Positions 8,765 to 18,197 of a stretch of 64,000 nt of DNA are shown here, one piece after another; the first letter of the stretch is position 1, and every line of letters begins with the position of its first letter. A program made the translations under genes and the position numbers. The notes beneath the pieces are model-generated. The model was given only the letters and a program-made list of their open reading frames with translations, searched no databases and was not told the DNA's origin. Source of the stretch: an uncultured Chloroflexia bacterium (lineage in GTDB: Bacteria > Chloroflexota > Limnocylindria > Limnocylindrales > CSP1-4); contig CAWEMV010000002.1 of assembly GCA_963810285.1 (NCBI GenBank), positions 1,757,177 to 1,821,176 of the forward strand, written 5' to 3'.

Positions 8765-11700
8765 CACGCGGTCCCGGAGGACAGCAGACCGGCCAGCTCC
8801 TGGAGCGTCCGCCAGTTCGCCAGCCGGTCGGCCTGCGTCGCCAGGATCTCGGAGCTGGGCGTGCCGCCGGCGAAGTGGCGCCCCGAAGCGGCCCTCCGAC
8901 CGCGCGAACGCCAGGAAGTCGACGGGCTCGCCGGAGGGCACCTTGGTCCAGTCCTCGCGGAGCGCCGGGTTGCCCTGCAGGGAGAGCCGCTCGGCGAACG
9001 TCGCGCCACGGCGCGGGTCGTAGGTGAACAGCGGGAAAGCCCGCGAGTCGACCGCGAGCCTGGCCTGGCGCGTCGCCGCGTCGTCGGCGATGCCGTGCTC
9101 CGGCATGCAGGCCGTGTAGGCGATCACGACCGCCGGGCCGGGGAACTCGTTGGCCTCCATGATCGACCGGTAGAAGTGGTTGAGGTGCGCCGGCGTGGTC
9201 TGGGCGACGTAGGCGTTGCCGTGGGCCATGAGGATCCGGCCCAGCTCCTTGCGCGCGCTCGGGCCGCCCGTGCATCAGCCTCGCCGAACGCGGAGAGCTT
9301 CGTGACCTGCCCGCCGAAGGAGGCGGTGGACGCCTGGCCGCCGGTGTTCGAGTAGACCTGCGTGTCGAGGACGAGGACCTTGATGTCGGCGCCGGACGCG
9401 ACCATCCGCGACAGCGCCTGGAAGCCGATGTCGTACATCGCGCCGTCGCCGCCGAGGACCCACAGCCTTGCGGTCGGGGTGGCCCGCCTGATCCCAGCGT
9501 GCGCGCACGCCGAACGCGACCGCGGGGGCGTTCTCGAACAGCGAGTTCGTCCACGGTACGAGATACGGGTTGAACGGATAGGTGCTGCCGAAGACGCGTG
9601 TTGCAGCCGGTCGCCGCGACGATGCCCATCGAGTCCGGGCCGTGGACCTGGCGGGTCGCCGCGACCATCATCCGGATCGCCGATCGCCTCGCCGCAGCCG
9701 GCGCACGATCCCGCGCCCCCGACGTAGCCGAGGGCGTGCTCGCCCAGCATCAGGTCGGCGAGGGCCTTCTCGTTGCGGTAGACGGGCGGCGTCGGCGGCA
9801 GCGAGCGGAAGAAGCGCATGTCGCGCGCGTAGCGCTCGAGCGTGCCGTCTCGCCCGGCGCGTCGCGCGGCCGCTTGTCGATCATGACGCAGGGCGTCGTG
9901 GCCGAGCGCGGTGCAGACCTCGACGCACTCCGCGCAGCCCTTGCAGTGGATCGGGCTCGACGAAGATGCCGAAGCTGCGCCGGCTCGAGGCCGCGCTTGC
10001 GCCGGGACCTCGCCGTACTTCTGCGTGTGGACGAAGTGCGCGCGCGCCGAGTCGCGTCGCCAGCGCGGGATCGGCCTCGTCCGCGGCGAACGACGACGAT
10101 CCGCTCGTCGAGGTCGGACTCTGGGATCGCGATGGCGAGGATCGCGCTGTCGGGACACGCGCTGACGCACGCCATGCAGCCGACGCAGCGCTCGGCGATG
10201 AGCTCGCGGGATGCGCGGCGCGAGCCGGCTGAAGTCGCGGGTCGCCGCGGTCCCGGGCGGGACGACGCTCCGGGCCAAGCCGACGTCGGCCGGCAGCTCC
10301 GCGTCGGCGATGCCCTGGCGGTACGCCGGCACGATCGACGCGCCGAACTCCTCGACGTAGGAGCGCACGTCGAACAGCGGTGCCGCGATGCCCAGCTCCA
10401 CCTCGTGCTGCTCCTTGAGGGCACCTGGCTCCTTGGTGAGCGACGGACGTGGGATCGCATCGTCATCACCGCTCGCTCGCCAGGGCGCGCACGACGTCGC
10501 TGGTCGAGATCGACCCCGATCGGCAGGATTGGATCGTCGTCGGCGACCACGACCAGGCGATGGACGTGGTGCTGCTCCATCTTCGAGGCCACCGACTCGA
10601 GCGTCGGCCGATCGTCCGATCGTGAGGGCTGGGCTCGACATGAGATGGCGGACCTTCAGCCCGGGCCAGTTCGTCCACAGCCACTCCGTGGCGCGCGCAT
10701 GGACCAGGTCGGTCTGGCTGATCACGCCCGACCAGCTCGCCGCCCTCGTCGACGACCGGCAGGCCGCTGATGTCGTATTCGTCGAGGATGCGGGCAGCCT
10801 CGGTCAGGGACGCATCGGCCGTGACGACGATCGGCTCCGTGGCCATGAGGTCGCCGACGGTGTACCGGCGGGTCGCAGTCCTCTCGCTCGTGTCCATCAC
10901 GTCGCTCCGATCAGGCTGCGTGTCCCAGGTGGGACCACGGTGAGGCGTCGCTCGATGCCAGCCGGCAGGCCGAGCGTGGCGCGTGACGTCGATGAGCGCC
11001 GTCGTACGCCGCCGCGACCAGCTCGAGGTTGGCGTCGATCACGGCCTGGCCGCGCTTGCCGAAGAACCGTCCCAGCCGCTCGCCGACGGCCGCCAGGAGC
11101 CCCTCGCGATCGAGGCCCGCCTCGGCCGCGAACGGCGCGACCCGCAGGAACACGCCGACGAGGGCGATGCCCTGCATGCGCAGGACGAGGTCCGGCGCGG
11201 GGCGCGCGCGTGCGGGCCATGTCCGCCGTGTCGAGTGCGGTGACGCGGATGCCGTCGGTGCAGCGATCTCGGCCCGGGCTCGGCAGGGGATCGACGCCCA
11301 GATCGCGGCCGGGTCGGTGAGCTCGCGACTGGAGGAACAGCGTGCCTCCGTCGACGAGCCCGCGAGAGCGGGTCGCCGAGGCCGAACGCCGCGACGTCGT
11401 GGAGGGGCACGATGTCGACGCGGTCGAGCTCGGCATGGGTGCGGATCGGCTCGTCGCGCGATGGTCAGGTAGTAGGTCGTGGGCAGGCCCTTCTTCTCCG
11501 AGCCGTAGCGGGGGTAGGCCTGGACGTGCTTGTCGAAGACCTCGCCGACGAGCGTGGCGATGAGCTTGTTCGTCGTCACCGATCCGAAACCGCCGATCGA
11601 GTGGCCCCGGAGCGAGTACGCCCCGGCCGGCCTGACGTCGACCGCACGCTTCGGGAGTGCGCGAGCGGATGGCGGATCCCGAGCGACGGCGTGGGTGAAC

Positions 11701-12910
11701 GCGCGGTCGCCGCGGTCGGCGAGCCAGTCGAACACGCCCGCCAGGTCGTCCGCACCGACATCGCGAGATCCAAGCCCGGCCGACACCGACAGCACCCGCG
11801 GCACCATCACGCCCTCGGCGGCAGCGTCGTACAGCGCAGCCTTCGATCTCGCGGGTCAGCGGGTTGTCGGCGGCTGCCGGTTCGTCGGTGCGCTCGACCA
11901 CGCCGACCGACCGTGCGTGGCGCAGGACGCGGTCGAGATCCGCCGCCGGGAAGGGCCGGAACGACGTCACCGCCGACGCACCCGACCGGTCGACCCTGCG
12001 CGCCGCAGCGCGTCGACGACCGCCTCGGCGGTGTCGTCGATGCGTGCCCATCGACACGAGGATCTCGGCGGCGTCGTCTGCAGCGATGGTCGCGAACATG
12101 GAGATACGTGCGGCCGGTCAGCCGCGACCACTCCGCGAAGGCCTCGTCGAGGGCCGGCCGGAGGCGCTCGTAGTACGCACGCTGGCCGATGCGCCCCTTC
12201 ATGTAGCTGTCCTGGTTCTGGACGACGCCGGTCATGAGCGCCTCGGCCGGCTCGAACATCGCCCGGATCCGCTGGCGCGGATCGCCGACGAACTCGCGCA
12301 GCAGCTCGTCCTCGGGCAGCAGCACGTTCTCGAGCGTGTGGGTCGTCAGGAACCCGTCCTGGCACGACCAGGAACGGCGTCTCGCGACGCCTCCGCTACG
12401 CGCCGGGCGATGGCGGTCAGGTCGGCCGCCTCCTGCGCGTTGCGCGCGAAGAGGATCCCCCAGCCCGTGTCGGCGACGGCCATCACGTCGTCGTGGCCGG
12501 CGTGGATGTTGAGGGCCTGGCTGGTCAGCGCACGCGCTCCGACGTGGAAGACGGCCGGCAGGCGCTTGCCGCTGATGACGTACAGGACCTCCTTCATGAG
12601 CACGAGGCCCTGCCCGGCCGTGAAGTTCGTGACCCGGCCTCCGGCGAGCGCGACGCCTTCCGCCGCCGACGCCGAGCGAGTGCTCGGACTCCGGTTCGAT
12701 GAACCGCAGCGGCGTGCCCCACAGGTTCGAGCGGCCGTTCGCGACGGCCGACTGGTAGATCGCCGCCATCGTCGTCGATGGGGTGATCGGGTAGGCGCAG
12801 GCGGTCTCCGACAGGCGTGTCTCGACGTGGGCGATCGCCTCAGATCCATCGACGATGGCTGGGATGCCCGGGAAGCGGACCGGGATCGCGCTCGAAGCAG
12901 ACATGGTCAT
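8764..12910 (-). pseudogene. Pyruvate:ferredoxin (flavodoxin) oxidoreductase, single-chain NifJ/PFOR type with an internal CBS pair; reading frame interrupted many times
   Basis: Minus-strand ORF fragments in all three frames together spell a complete PFOR in order. The fragments are 11807..13051, 12346..12849, 11967..12365, 10897..12099, 10911..11810, 11039..11410, 10466..10900, 9124..10725, 9750..10592, 8646..9671, 9275..9508, 8534..9229 (N-terminal part) and 8764..9009.

Motifs in order: 'AYPITPSTTM', 'TNFTAGQGLVLMKE', 'QDGFLTTHTLENV', 'VTSFRPFPAADL', 'GHSIGGFGSVTTNKL', 'YGSEKKGLPTTYYLTIA', two CBS motifs, 'CVGCMACVSACP', 'HCKGCAECVEVC', 'GGAGSCAGCGEA', 'LGGDGAMYDIGFQ', 'DTQVYSNTGGQAS', 'GNAYVAQTTP'. 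I traced at least 25 frame changes.

Whether this is a pseudogene or a sequencing artefact is unresolved. Confidence 0.8.
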
Positions 12911-12998
12911 GCCCGTAGCGTGCTGGACGAGGCGGCCCGGCGGACGTGGCGTCCGGCCCATTGCCACGGGCCGTTCGGCAGGGCCGGTTCGGGCGAGG

Positions 12999-13568
12999 TC
13001 AGCGTCCTGCTGCTTCGGCGAGGACGAGGTCGCGCACCCGACGGATGGCATCGGCGATCGCGAGGACGAACCCGTCCATCGCCGCGGCGACCGGCCAACT
13101 CAGTGGTTCGCCAAGGCCGAAGTCGATACCGCCGATGGCGACCACCATGCCCTGCAGCGGGCGGCCGCGGATGATCGAGGCGACGCCGATCGTCTCGGGG
13201 ATCGACAATGCATGCGACGACCGGGGCCGGATGCCGGACTCGCGGCCGGCCAGGCCGCTGAACGGGATCTCGACGATCCAGCCGGCGTCGATGCCGACGG
13301 CCGTGTCGACCACGATCGCGCCGGCTCCGCGGGGCACCGCAAGCAGGTCGTCGATGTCGAGCTGGCCGACGACCCGGCTTCGGACATCATCTGGAAGGAC
13401 GTCCGTCAGGCGGCCCACGGCGATGAGGGCTGCCGCGTCGTCGCCGCGTTCGGCGGCGCCGCAGGCGAGCAGTTCGATATGGATGACGGGGACGTTGGTC
13501 ACGTCCTCTTGCGCATCGATCGTCTCCTGCGAACGGCGATCGGGTCGGGTCTCGAGCAACATAGTCAT
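12999..13568 (-). CDS. Hydrogenase maturation endopeptidase (HyaD/HoxW/FrhD family)
   Basis: This is the tail of ORF 12999..14111, starting at in-frame ATG 13568. That ATG forms an ATGA overlap with the large-subunit stop. Family-like features include 'VIHIELLACG...DD' and 'SHALSIPE'. Confidence 0.8.
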   Translation of the reverse strand: MTMLLETRPDRRSQETIDAQEDVTNVPVIHIELLACGAAERGDDAAALIAVGRLTDVLPDDVRSRVVGQLDIDDLLAVPRGAGAIVVDTAVGIDAGWIVEIPFSGLAGRESGIRPRSSHALSIPETIGVASIIRGRPLQGMVVAIGGIDFGLGEPLSWPVAAAMDGFVLAIADAIRRVRDLVLAEAAGR

Positions 13569-14887
13569 GACACTTCCTCCACCGCCAGATCCAGGAAATG
13601 GGTGGCGCAGCTGATGCATGGGTCGTAGCTCCGGATGAGCTGTTCGAGCAGGTGCGTGATCTCGGCGCGCGGCCGGTCGAGGATGGCCGGCGCGAACGCC
13701 GCCAGGTCGGACTCGATGGCGGCCTGGTTCTGGCTGGTCGGCGGCACGATGCGGCACTCGGCGACACGGCCTTCGGCGTCCAGCCGGAACTGCTGGAACA
13801 GGAGACCCCGCGGAGCTTCGGTGGCCCAGGCGGCGACGCCAGCCCTCGGTGACCACTCGACGACGGGCGAGTCCGGCGGCCGATAGGCGTCGATGATGTC
13901 GATCGCCTCGGCGACCGCGTGGACCAGTTCGACGGCGCGTGCCGCGATGCTCCAGTGCGGCTCCTCCGCGATCCGGTCGGCGAGGCCCAGCCTCGCCAGC
14001 GCGCCGGCGGCGCGGGGATGGAGCCGATCGGCGTCGAGCGTCAGCCGCGCGGCCGGGCCGAGCAGGTACGGCCGCCCGTCCCGACCGAGCGCCTGGAGGG
14101 CGTGCGACCACGGCACCTGGCGCTCCGTGAACATCGATGGCCAGTCGGCCGCGGCGATGTCGAGGCCATCGTTCGACGAGATCCGGCCGTGGTTCATCGG
14201 GTACTCGTCCGGGGCCCGGAGGGCGACCAGCCGGGCCGGCCGTCGGAACGTCGGCGGGTCGAGCGTGGCGACGAGGTCGACCGTCGCCTCGGCGAGACCG
14301 AGCGCTTCGTCGAGGTCCGCCCGGAGGCCCGCGATCTCCTCGGCGCGGATGACCCGCGAGAATCCGCCGACTCGGACCGACACCGGGTGGATGGCGCGCC
14401 CGCCGATGCGCGCCACGATGTCATTGCCGGCCCGCTTGAGGCGGAGACCACCCTCCACTGTCGCCCGATGGTCGGTCGCGAGATCCAGCGCGCTGGGATA
14501 GCCGAGCAGGTCTGGCAGATGCAGGAGATAGACGTGGAGGGCGTGGCTCTCGATCCACTCCCCGCAGTAGAGGAGCCGGCGCAGCGCCACGGTGGCCGGG
14601 TCGACGACGATGCCGAATGCGGCCTCCGCGGCGTGGACCGCAGTCATCTGGTAGGCGACCGGGCAGATGCCGCAGATGCGGGCCACGATGTCGATGACCT
14701 CGTCCATCGAGCGGCCGATGACGAGGCGCTCGAAGTAGCGCGGTGCCTCGAAGATCTCAAGCCGGGCCGACTCGACCCGTCCCTCGCGCACGCGCAGATG
14801 GAGCGATCCCTCGCCCTCGACCCGCGTCAGGTTGCGGACGTCGACCGTGAGGTCGGTGCCACCCGGGGCGACGACGGCGTCATGCAT
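13565..14887 (-). CDS. [NiFe]-hydrogenase large subunit, group 3 (3b-like, HyhL/HydA-type)
   Basis: 'TRVEGEG' and 'RICGICPVAY' form the N-terminal CxxC Ni-Fe motif. 'DPCISCATH' plus a short extension forms the C-terminal motif. The start is ATG 14887 (MHDAVV), and 14914 is an alternative. It overlaps the small-subunit end. Confidence 0.9.
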   Translation of the reverse strand: MHDAVVAPGGTDLTVDVRNLTRVEGEGSLHLRVREGRVESARLEIFEAPRYFERLVIGRSMDEVIDIVARICGICPVAYQMTAVHAAEAAFGIVVDPATVALRRLLYCGEWIESHALHVYLLHLPDLLGYPSALDLATDHRATVEGGLRLKRAGNDIVARIGGRAIHPVSVRVGGFSRVIRAEEIAGLRADLDEALGLAEATVDLVATLDPPTFRRPARLVALRAPDEYPMNHGRISSNDGLDIAAADWPSMFTERQVPWSHALQALGRDGRPYLLGPAARLTLDADRLHPRAAGALARLGLADRIAEEPHWSIAARAVELVHAVAEAIDIIDAYRPPDSPVVEWSPRAGVAAWATEAPRGLLFQQFRLDAEGRVAECRIVPPTSQNQAAIESDLAAFAPAILDRPRAEITHLLEQLIRSYDPCISCATHFLDLAVEEVS

Positions 14888-15725
14888 CCGGACGGCCCTC
14901 CGGGACGGCCCCATCGATGACCGGCGGTCCGCCTGCCTCGTCGATCACGCGGCGGAAGGGCGGGGACCAGGCATTGAACAGAGCGAAGGCCCGAGCGACG
15001 TCCTCACGGTCGACATCGCGCGCCAGCCACGTCACCAGGCCCGGTCCGTTGGCCCGCTCGCGCGGCCCGAAGCAGCCGTAGCAGCCCCGGCCGTAGGCGG
15101 GACAGAGGGCGCCGCACCCGCTCTGTGTCACCGGACCGAGACAGGTCACGCCGCCGGCGACGGCGACGCATACCACGCCGCGGCGCTTGCACTCGGCGCA
15201 GACGGCCTCGTCGGGCAGGTTCGGGCGGCGCCCGGCCAGCACCGCGGTGACGAACTCGCGCAGCTGGTCCGGCGAGATCGGGCAGCCCCGCAGCTCGGCG
15301 TCGACCGCGACGTGGTCGGCCACGGGCGTGGCGGTCGCCAGCGACTCGACGTACGCCGGCTCCGGATACACGTATGCCCGCACCACGTCGTGATCGGCCC
15401 AGTTGCGCAGGGCCTGGATACCGCCCGACGTGGCGCACGCCCCGATCGTCACCAGCGTCGCGGTCGCCTCCCGCAACCGCACGATCTCGTCGGCCTGTTC
15501 CGGCGTGCTGATCGACCCCTCGACGAAGAGGATGTCGAACGGTCCCGAGGATCGCTTCGAGGTCGCCTCGGCGAATTCGACGATGTCCACGCGCTCGGCG
15601 ATTTCCAGCAGCTCGTCCTCGAGATCGAGGAGCGTCAGCTGGCAACCGTCACAGGAGGCGAATTTGATGACGCCGATCCTGGGGCGGTGGCGGACAGCCG
15701 TGCGGGTGGTGGCCTCGACGAGCAT
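14880..15725 (-). CDS. [NiFe]-hydrogenase small (delta, HyhS/HydD-type) subunit, NuoB/20-kDa fold
   Basis: 281 aa with 'IKFASCDGCQL', 'FVEGSIST' and 'GACATSGGIQA', plus C-terminal Cys clusters. There is a 1-nt TGATG overlap with the upstream gene. Confidence 0.9.
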   Translation of the reverse strand: MLVEATTRTAVRHRPRIGVIKFASCDGCQLTLLDLEDELLEIAERVDIVEFAEATSKRSSGPFDILFVEGSISTPEQADEIVRLREATATLVTIGACATSGGIQALRNWADHDVVRAYVYPEPAYVESLATATPVADHVAVDAELRGCPISPDQLREFVTAVLAGRRPNLPDEAVCAECKRRGVVCVAVAGGVTCLGPVTQSGCGALCPAYGRGCYGCFGPRERANGPGLVTWLARDVDREDVARAFALFNAWSPPFRRVIDEAGGPPVIDGAVPEGRPDA

Positions 15726-17719
15726 CAGCGGCCCTCCATCGTGAACGTGTCACCCAGCTCCGTCACCGAGAAGACCGGCCCGTCGCGGCACACGAAGTAG
15801 GGGCCGAGCTGGCAGTGGCCGCACAGCCCGACCCCGCACGCCATGTTCCGCTCGAGCGTCAGCCAGGTGCGGTCCGGGGCCACGCCGAGCCCGGCCAGGC
15901 CCCGTGCGGTGGCCTGCATCATCCGATCCGGGCCGCAGATGAACGCGGTCGTCCGCTCGCCGCGCCACGGCGCCCGTTCGAACAGCTGGGTCACGACGCC
16001 CACCCGCCCGAGCCATTCGGGTCCGGCGCGGTCGACGATCTCGGCGATCTCGAGGTCCGTGCGGCCGCCGAGCGCGGCCATCTCCGCGACGAACAGCCGG
16101 TCCCGCGGGGTGCGTGCGCCGAGATACACCCGGACCGCGCCGAAGCGGTGCCGCTCGCGGAGGACCGCGTCGAGGACCGGGCGAAGCGGCGCCAGGCCGA
16201 TCCCACCGGCCACGAGCACGACGTCGCCGCCCTCCGCGGCGTCGATGGGCCACGGACGCCCGAGTGGACCACGGAGCGACACCTGCCGGCCCGGCTGGAG
16301 TGCGACCAGCGCTGCAGTCGCGGGGCCGACATTCCTGATCGTGAGCTCGAGTCCGGCCGGCCGGATGCGCGAGATCGAGATCGGGGGGACGGCCTGCGCC
16401 GGGCGGGCCACCATGACGAACTGGCCGGGCCGGCTTCCGAGCAGCGCAGGATCGTCGGTCGCGAGCGTCAGCGTCACGGTGTCGGCGGTCTCGCGTCGGT
16501 TGCCGACGACCTCGGCGGCGACGTAGCGCGCCGGCTCGACCGTCGCGAGCGGGACGGGCGCGTGGCCGGACGTCGGGGCCGGCGGCCAGGGGACGGGGCG
16601 CGGCGCCGCGTTCGGCGGGGCGATGGCGAGAAGCTCTTCTCGCACGTCGATACCGACCGGACACCACGCGATGCACCGACCGCACCCGACGCAGCCCGTC
16701 GTCCCGAACTGATCCCACCACGTCGAGAACTTGTGGGTCAGCCACTGCCGGTAGCGGTCCTCCACCCGCGGGCGGAAGTTGGCGTCGCCCGCGACGCGGC
16801 CGAAGCCCAGCGTGAAGCAGCTGTCCCACGTCCGTTCCGTCGACCCGGCGACGCCATCGAGGTCAGAGGCCACGCTGACGCTCGTGCAGAAGCAGGTCGG
16901 GCAGACGAGCGTGCAGTTCGTGCACGCGAGGCAGCGCTCGGCGACTTCGGCCCAGCGCGGGTGCTCGGGAGCGGCGCGCAGGCGCTCCGCGAGGCCATCG
17001 GTCGGCACCGGGTCGCCGATCGTCGCCCGGACGGCGGCGACCTGGGCCTCGGCCACCGCGACCTGCTCGGGCGCTGCGACGGGCAGCTGGAGGCCCTCGA
17101 CGATCCGCTCGCCTGCCGGGCTGAGCGCACGGACCGTGAAGCCGTCGTCGAGCTCGGCCAGGACGAGGTCGGCCCCGGACGTCACCTCCGGCCCCGTGCC
17201 CATCGACGTGCAGAAGCATGTGGACGTGGCGACCGCGCACTCGACGGCGACGACAAGCGCGGCATCACGGCGCGCGGCGTGGTCAACGTCCCCGGCCGGC
17301 CCGGCGCGCAGGACCCGGTCCTGGATGTCGAGCGCGGCGAGCTCGCACGCTCGGACGCCAACGTAGGCCATGGGCTGGGTCGCCGGCTCGGCGCTCTTGA
17401 CCGATCCGTCCGCCTCCCCGGTCGTCGTCAGGGGCACGCGCGGCGGGAACGTGAAGCGCTTCCAAGCGGTGACCCCGACGCCGTAGTCGAATGCGCGGTC
17501 CCGGTTCGTCGGGCGAAGGCGGTACGTGCCCGGCTCGCTGTCGACGGTCCAGCCCGCCGGCAGGTCGTCTACGGTGTCGATCCGGTCGTAGACGACCGCC
17601 CCCTCCCTGATCGTCGGACCGACGACGGTCCGACCCTCGGCCCGGAGCCTCGCGAAGAGACGGTCGAGGTCGTCGCGCGGCAGGAACGTCGCCTCGGGAA
17701 TGGTCGCGCTTTCCGTCAT
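15725..17719 (-). CDS. Fused hydrogenase beta+gamma subunit (HyhB/HydB 4Fe-4S domain + HyhG/HydG FAD/NAD(P)-binding 2Fe-2S domain)
   Basis: 664 aa. The N-terminal half has 'CLACTNCTLVCPTCFCTS' and 'CVGCGRCIAWCPVGID' (AsrA/HydB-like). The C-terminal half has a ferredoxin-reductase-type fold ('VLVAGGIGLAPL') ending 'CGVGLCGHCQLG' (AsrB/HydG/PyrK-like). Confidence 0.85.
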   Translation of the reverse strand: MTESATIPEATFLPRDDLDRLFARLRAEGRTVVGPTIREGAVVYDRIDTVDDLPAGWTVDSEPGTYRLRPTNRDRAFDYGVGVTAWKRFTFPPRVPLTTTGEADGSVKSAEPATQPMAYVGVRACELAALDIQDRVLRAGPAGDVDHAARRDAALVVAVECAVATSTCFCTSMGTGPEVTSGADLVLAELDDGFTVRALSPAGERIVEGLQLPVAAPEQVAVAEAQVAAVRATIGDPVPTDGLAERLRAAPEHPRWAEVAERCLACTNCTLVCPTCFCTSVSVASDLDGVAGSTERTWDSCFTLGFGRVAGDANFRPRVEDRYRQWLTHKFSTWWDQFGTTGCVGCGRCIAWCPVGIDVREELLAIAPPNAAPRPVPWPPAPTSGHAPVPLATVEPARYVAAEVVGNRRETADTVTLTLATDDPALLGSRPGQFVMVARPAQAVPPISISRIRPAGLELTIRNVGPATAALVALQPGRQVSLRGPLGRPWPIDAAEGGDVVLVAGGIGLAPLRPVLDAVLRERHRFGAVRVYLGARTPRDRLFVAEMAALGGRTDLEIAEIVDRAGPEWLGRVGVVTQLFERAPWRGERTTAFICGPDRMMQATARGLAGLGVAPDRTWLTLERNMACGVGLCGHCQLGPYFVCRDGPVFSVTELGDTFTMEGR

Positions 17720-18192
17720 CGCGAGGACCCGCCGGCTCGGTAGAGATCGAGCATCTGGAGGCGCGTCGCCGCGAGCCGTTCCTCGACGACCTCGAGCAGC
17801 CGCCGATACAGCCGGGCCGCAAGCTCGACGTCGGCGGCCATCGCCTGCCGAAGCGCATCGCTTGGCAGGAGCAGGACGCGAGCGTCATCCACGGCCACGA
17901 TCGTTGCCGTGGCGTTCCGATCGAGGACCGCCGACCAGCCGAAGACGTCTCCCGCGTCGAGCGTCATGAGCGTCGCTTCCGCCTGTCCCGGCACCCATGC
18001 ACGGACGGCCAGTCGACCGCTGATCACCGTACCGAGGTTGCGAGCCGGTTCAGCCTCGCGCAGCAGGTACGCGCCCGGCGGCACATCGACGTAGCGGGCG
18101 ATCGCGGCCAAGCTGTCCAACCCGCGGCCCTGAAGGTCCGGAACGAGTCGCGCCAGGGCCGGATCGGGACCGGGCCGAGGGTCGATCGTCAT
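17716..18192 (-). CDS. Stand-alone cyclic-nucleotide-binding domain protein (158 aa, no HTH)
   Basis: This is the tail of ORF 17716..18492, starting at ATG 18192. It has the cNMP-binding pattern 'LLREAEPARNLGTVISGRLAV...LDAGDVFGWSAVL...ATATIVAVDDARVLLL'. There is an ATGA overlap with the hyhBG start. Confidence 0.75.
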   Translation of the reverse strand: MTIDPRPGPDPALARLVPDLQGRGLDSLAAIARYVDVPPGAYLLREAEPARNLGTVISGRLAVRAWVPGQAEATLMTLDAGDVFGWSAVLDRNATATIVAVDDARVLLLPSDALRQAMAADVELAARLYRRLLEVVEERLAATRLQMLDLYRAGGSSR

Positions 18193-18197
18193 CGGGG

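Noticed and set aside
8534-9229. The 231-aa ORF taken as a single gene
   Set aside because: It is a chimera. The N-terminal two-thirds is the PFOR C-terminal TPP-domain segment. An out-of-frame stretch follows, then HypC from 'MCLTY' (8764).
10466-10471. TGATGA after the CBS pair as proof that PFOR is split into two genes
   Set aside because: I did not accept it as proof. The frame step across it has the same +1 polarity as all other disruptions, and the total length fits a single-chain PFOR plus a CBS pair. It is kept as an explicit alternative in the finding.
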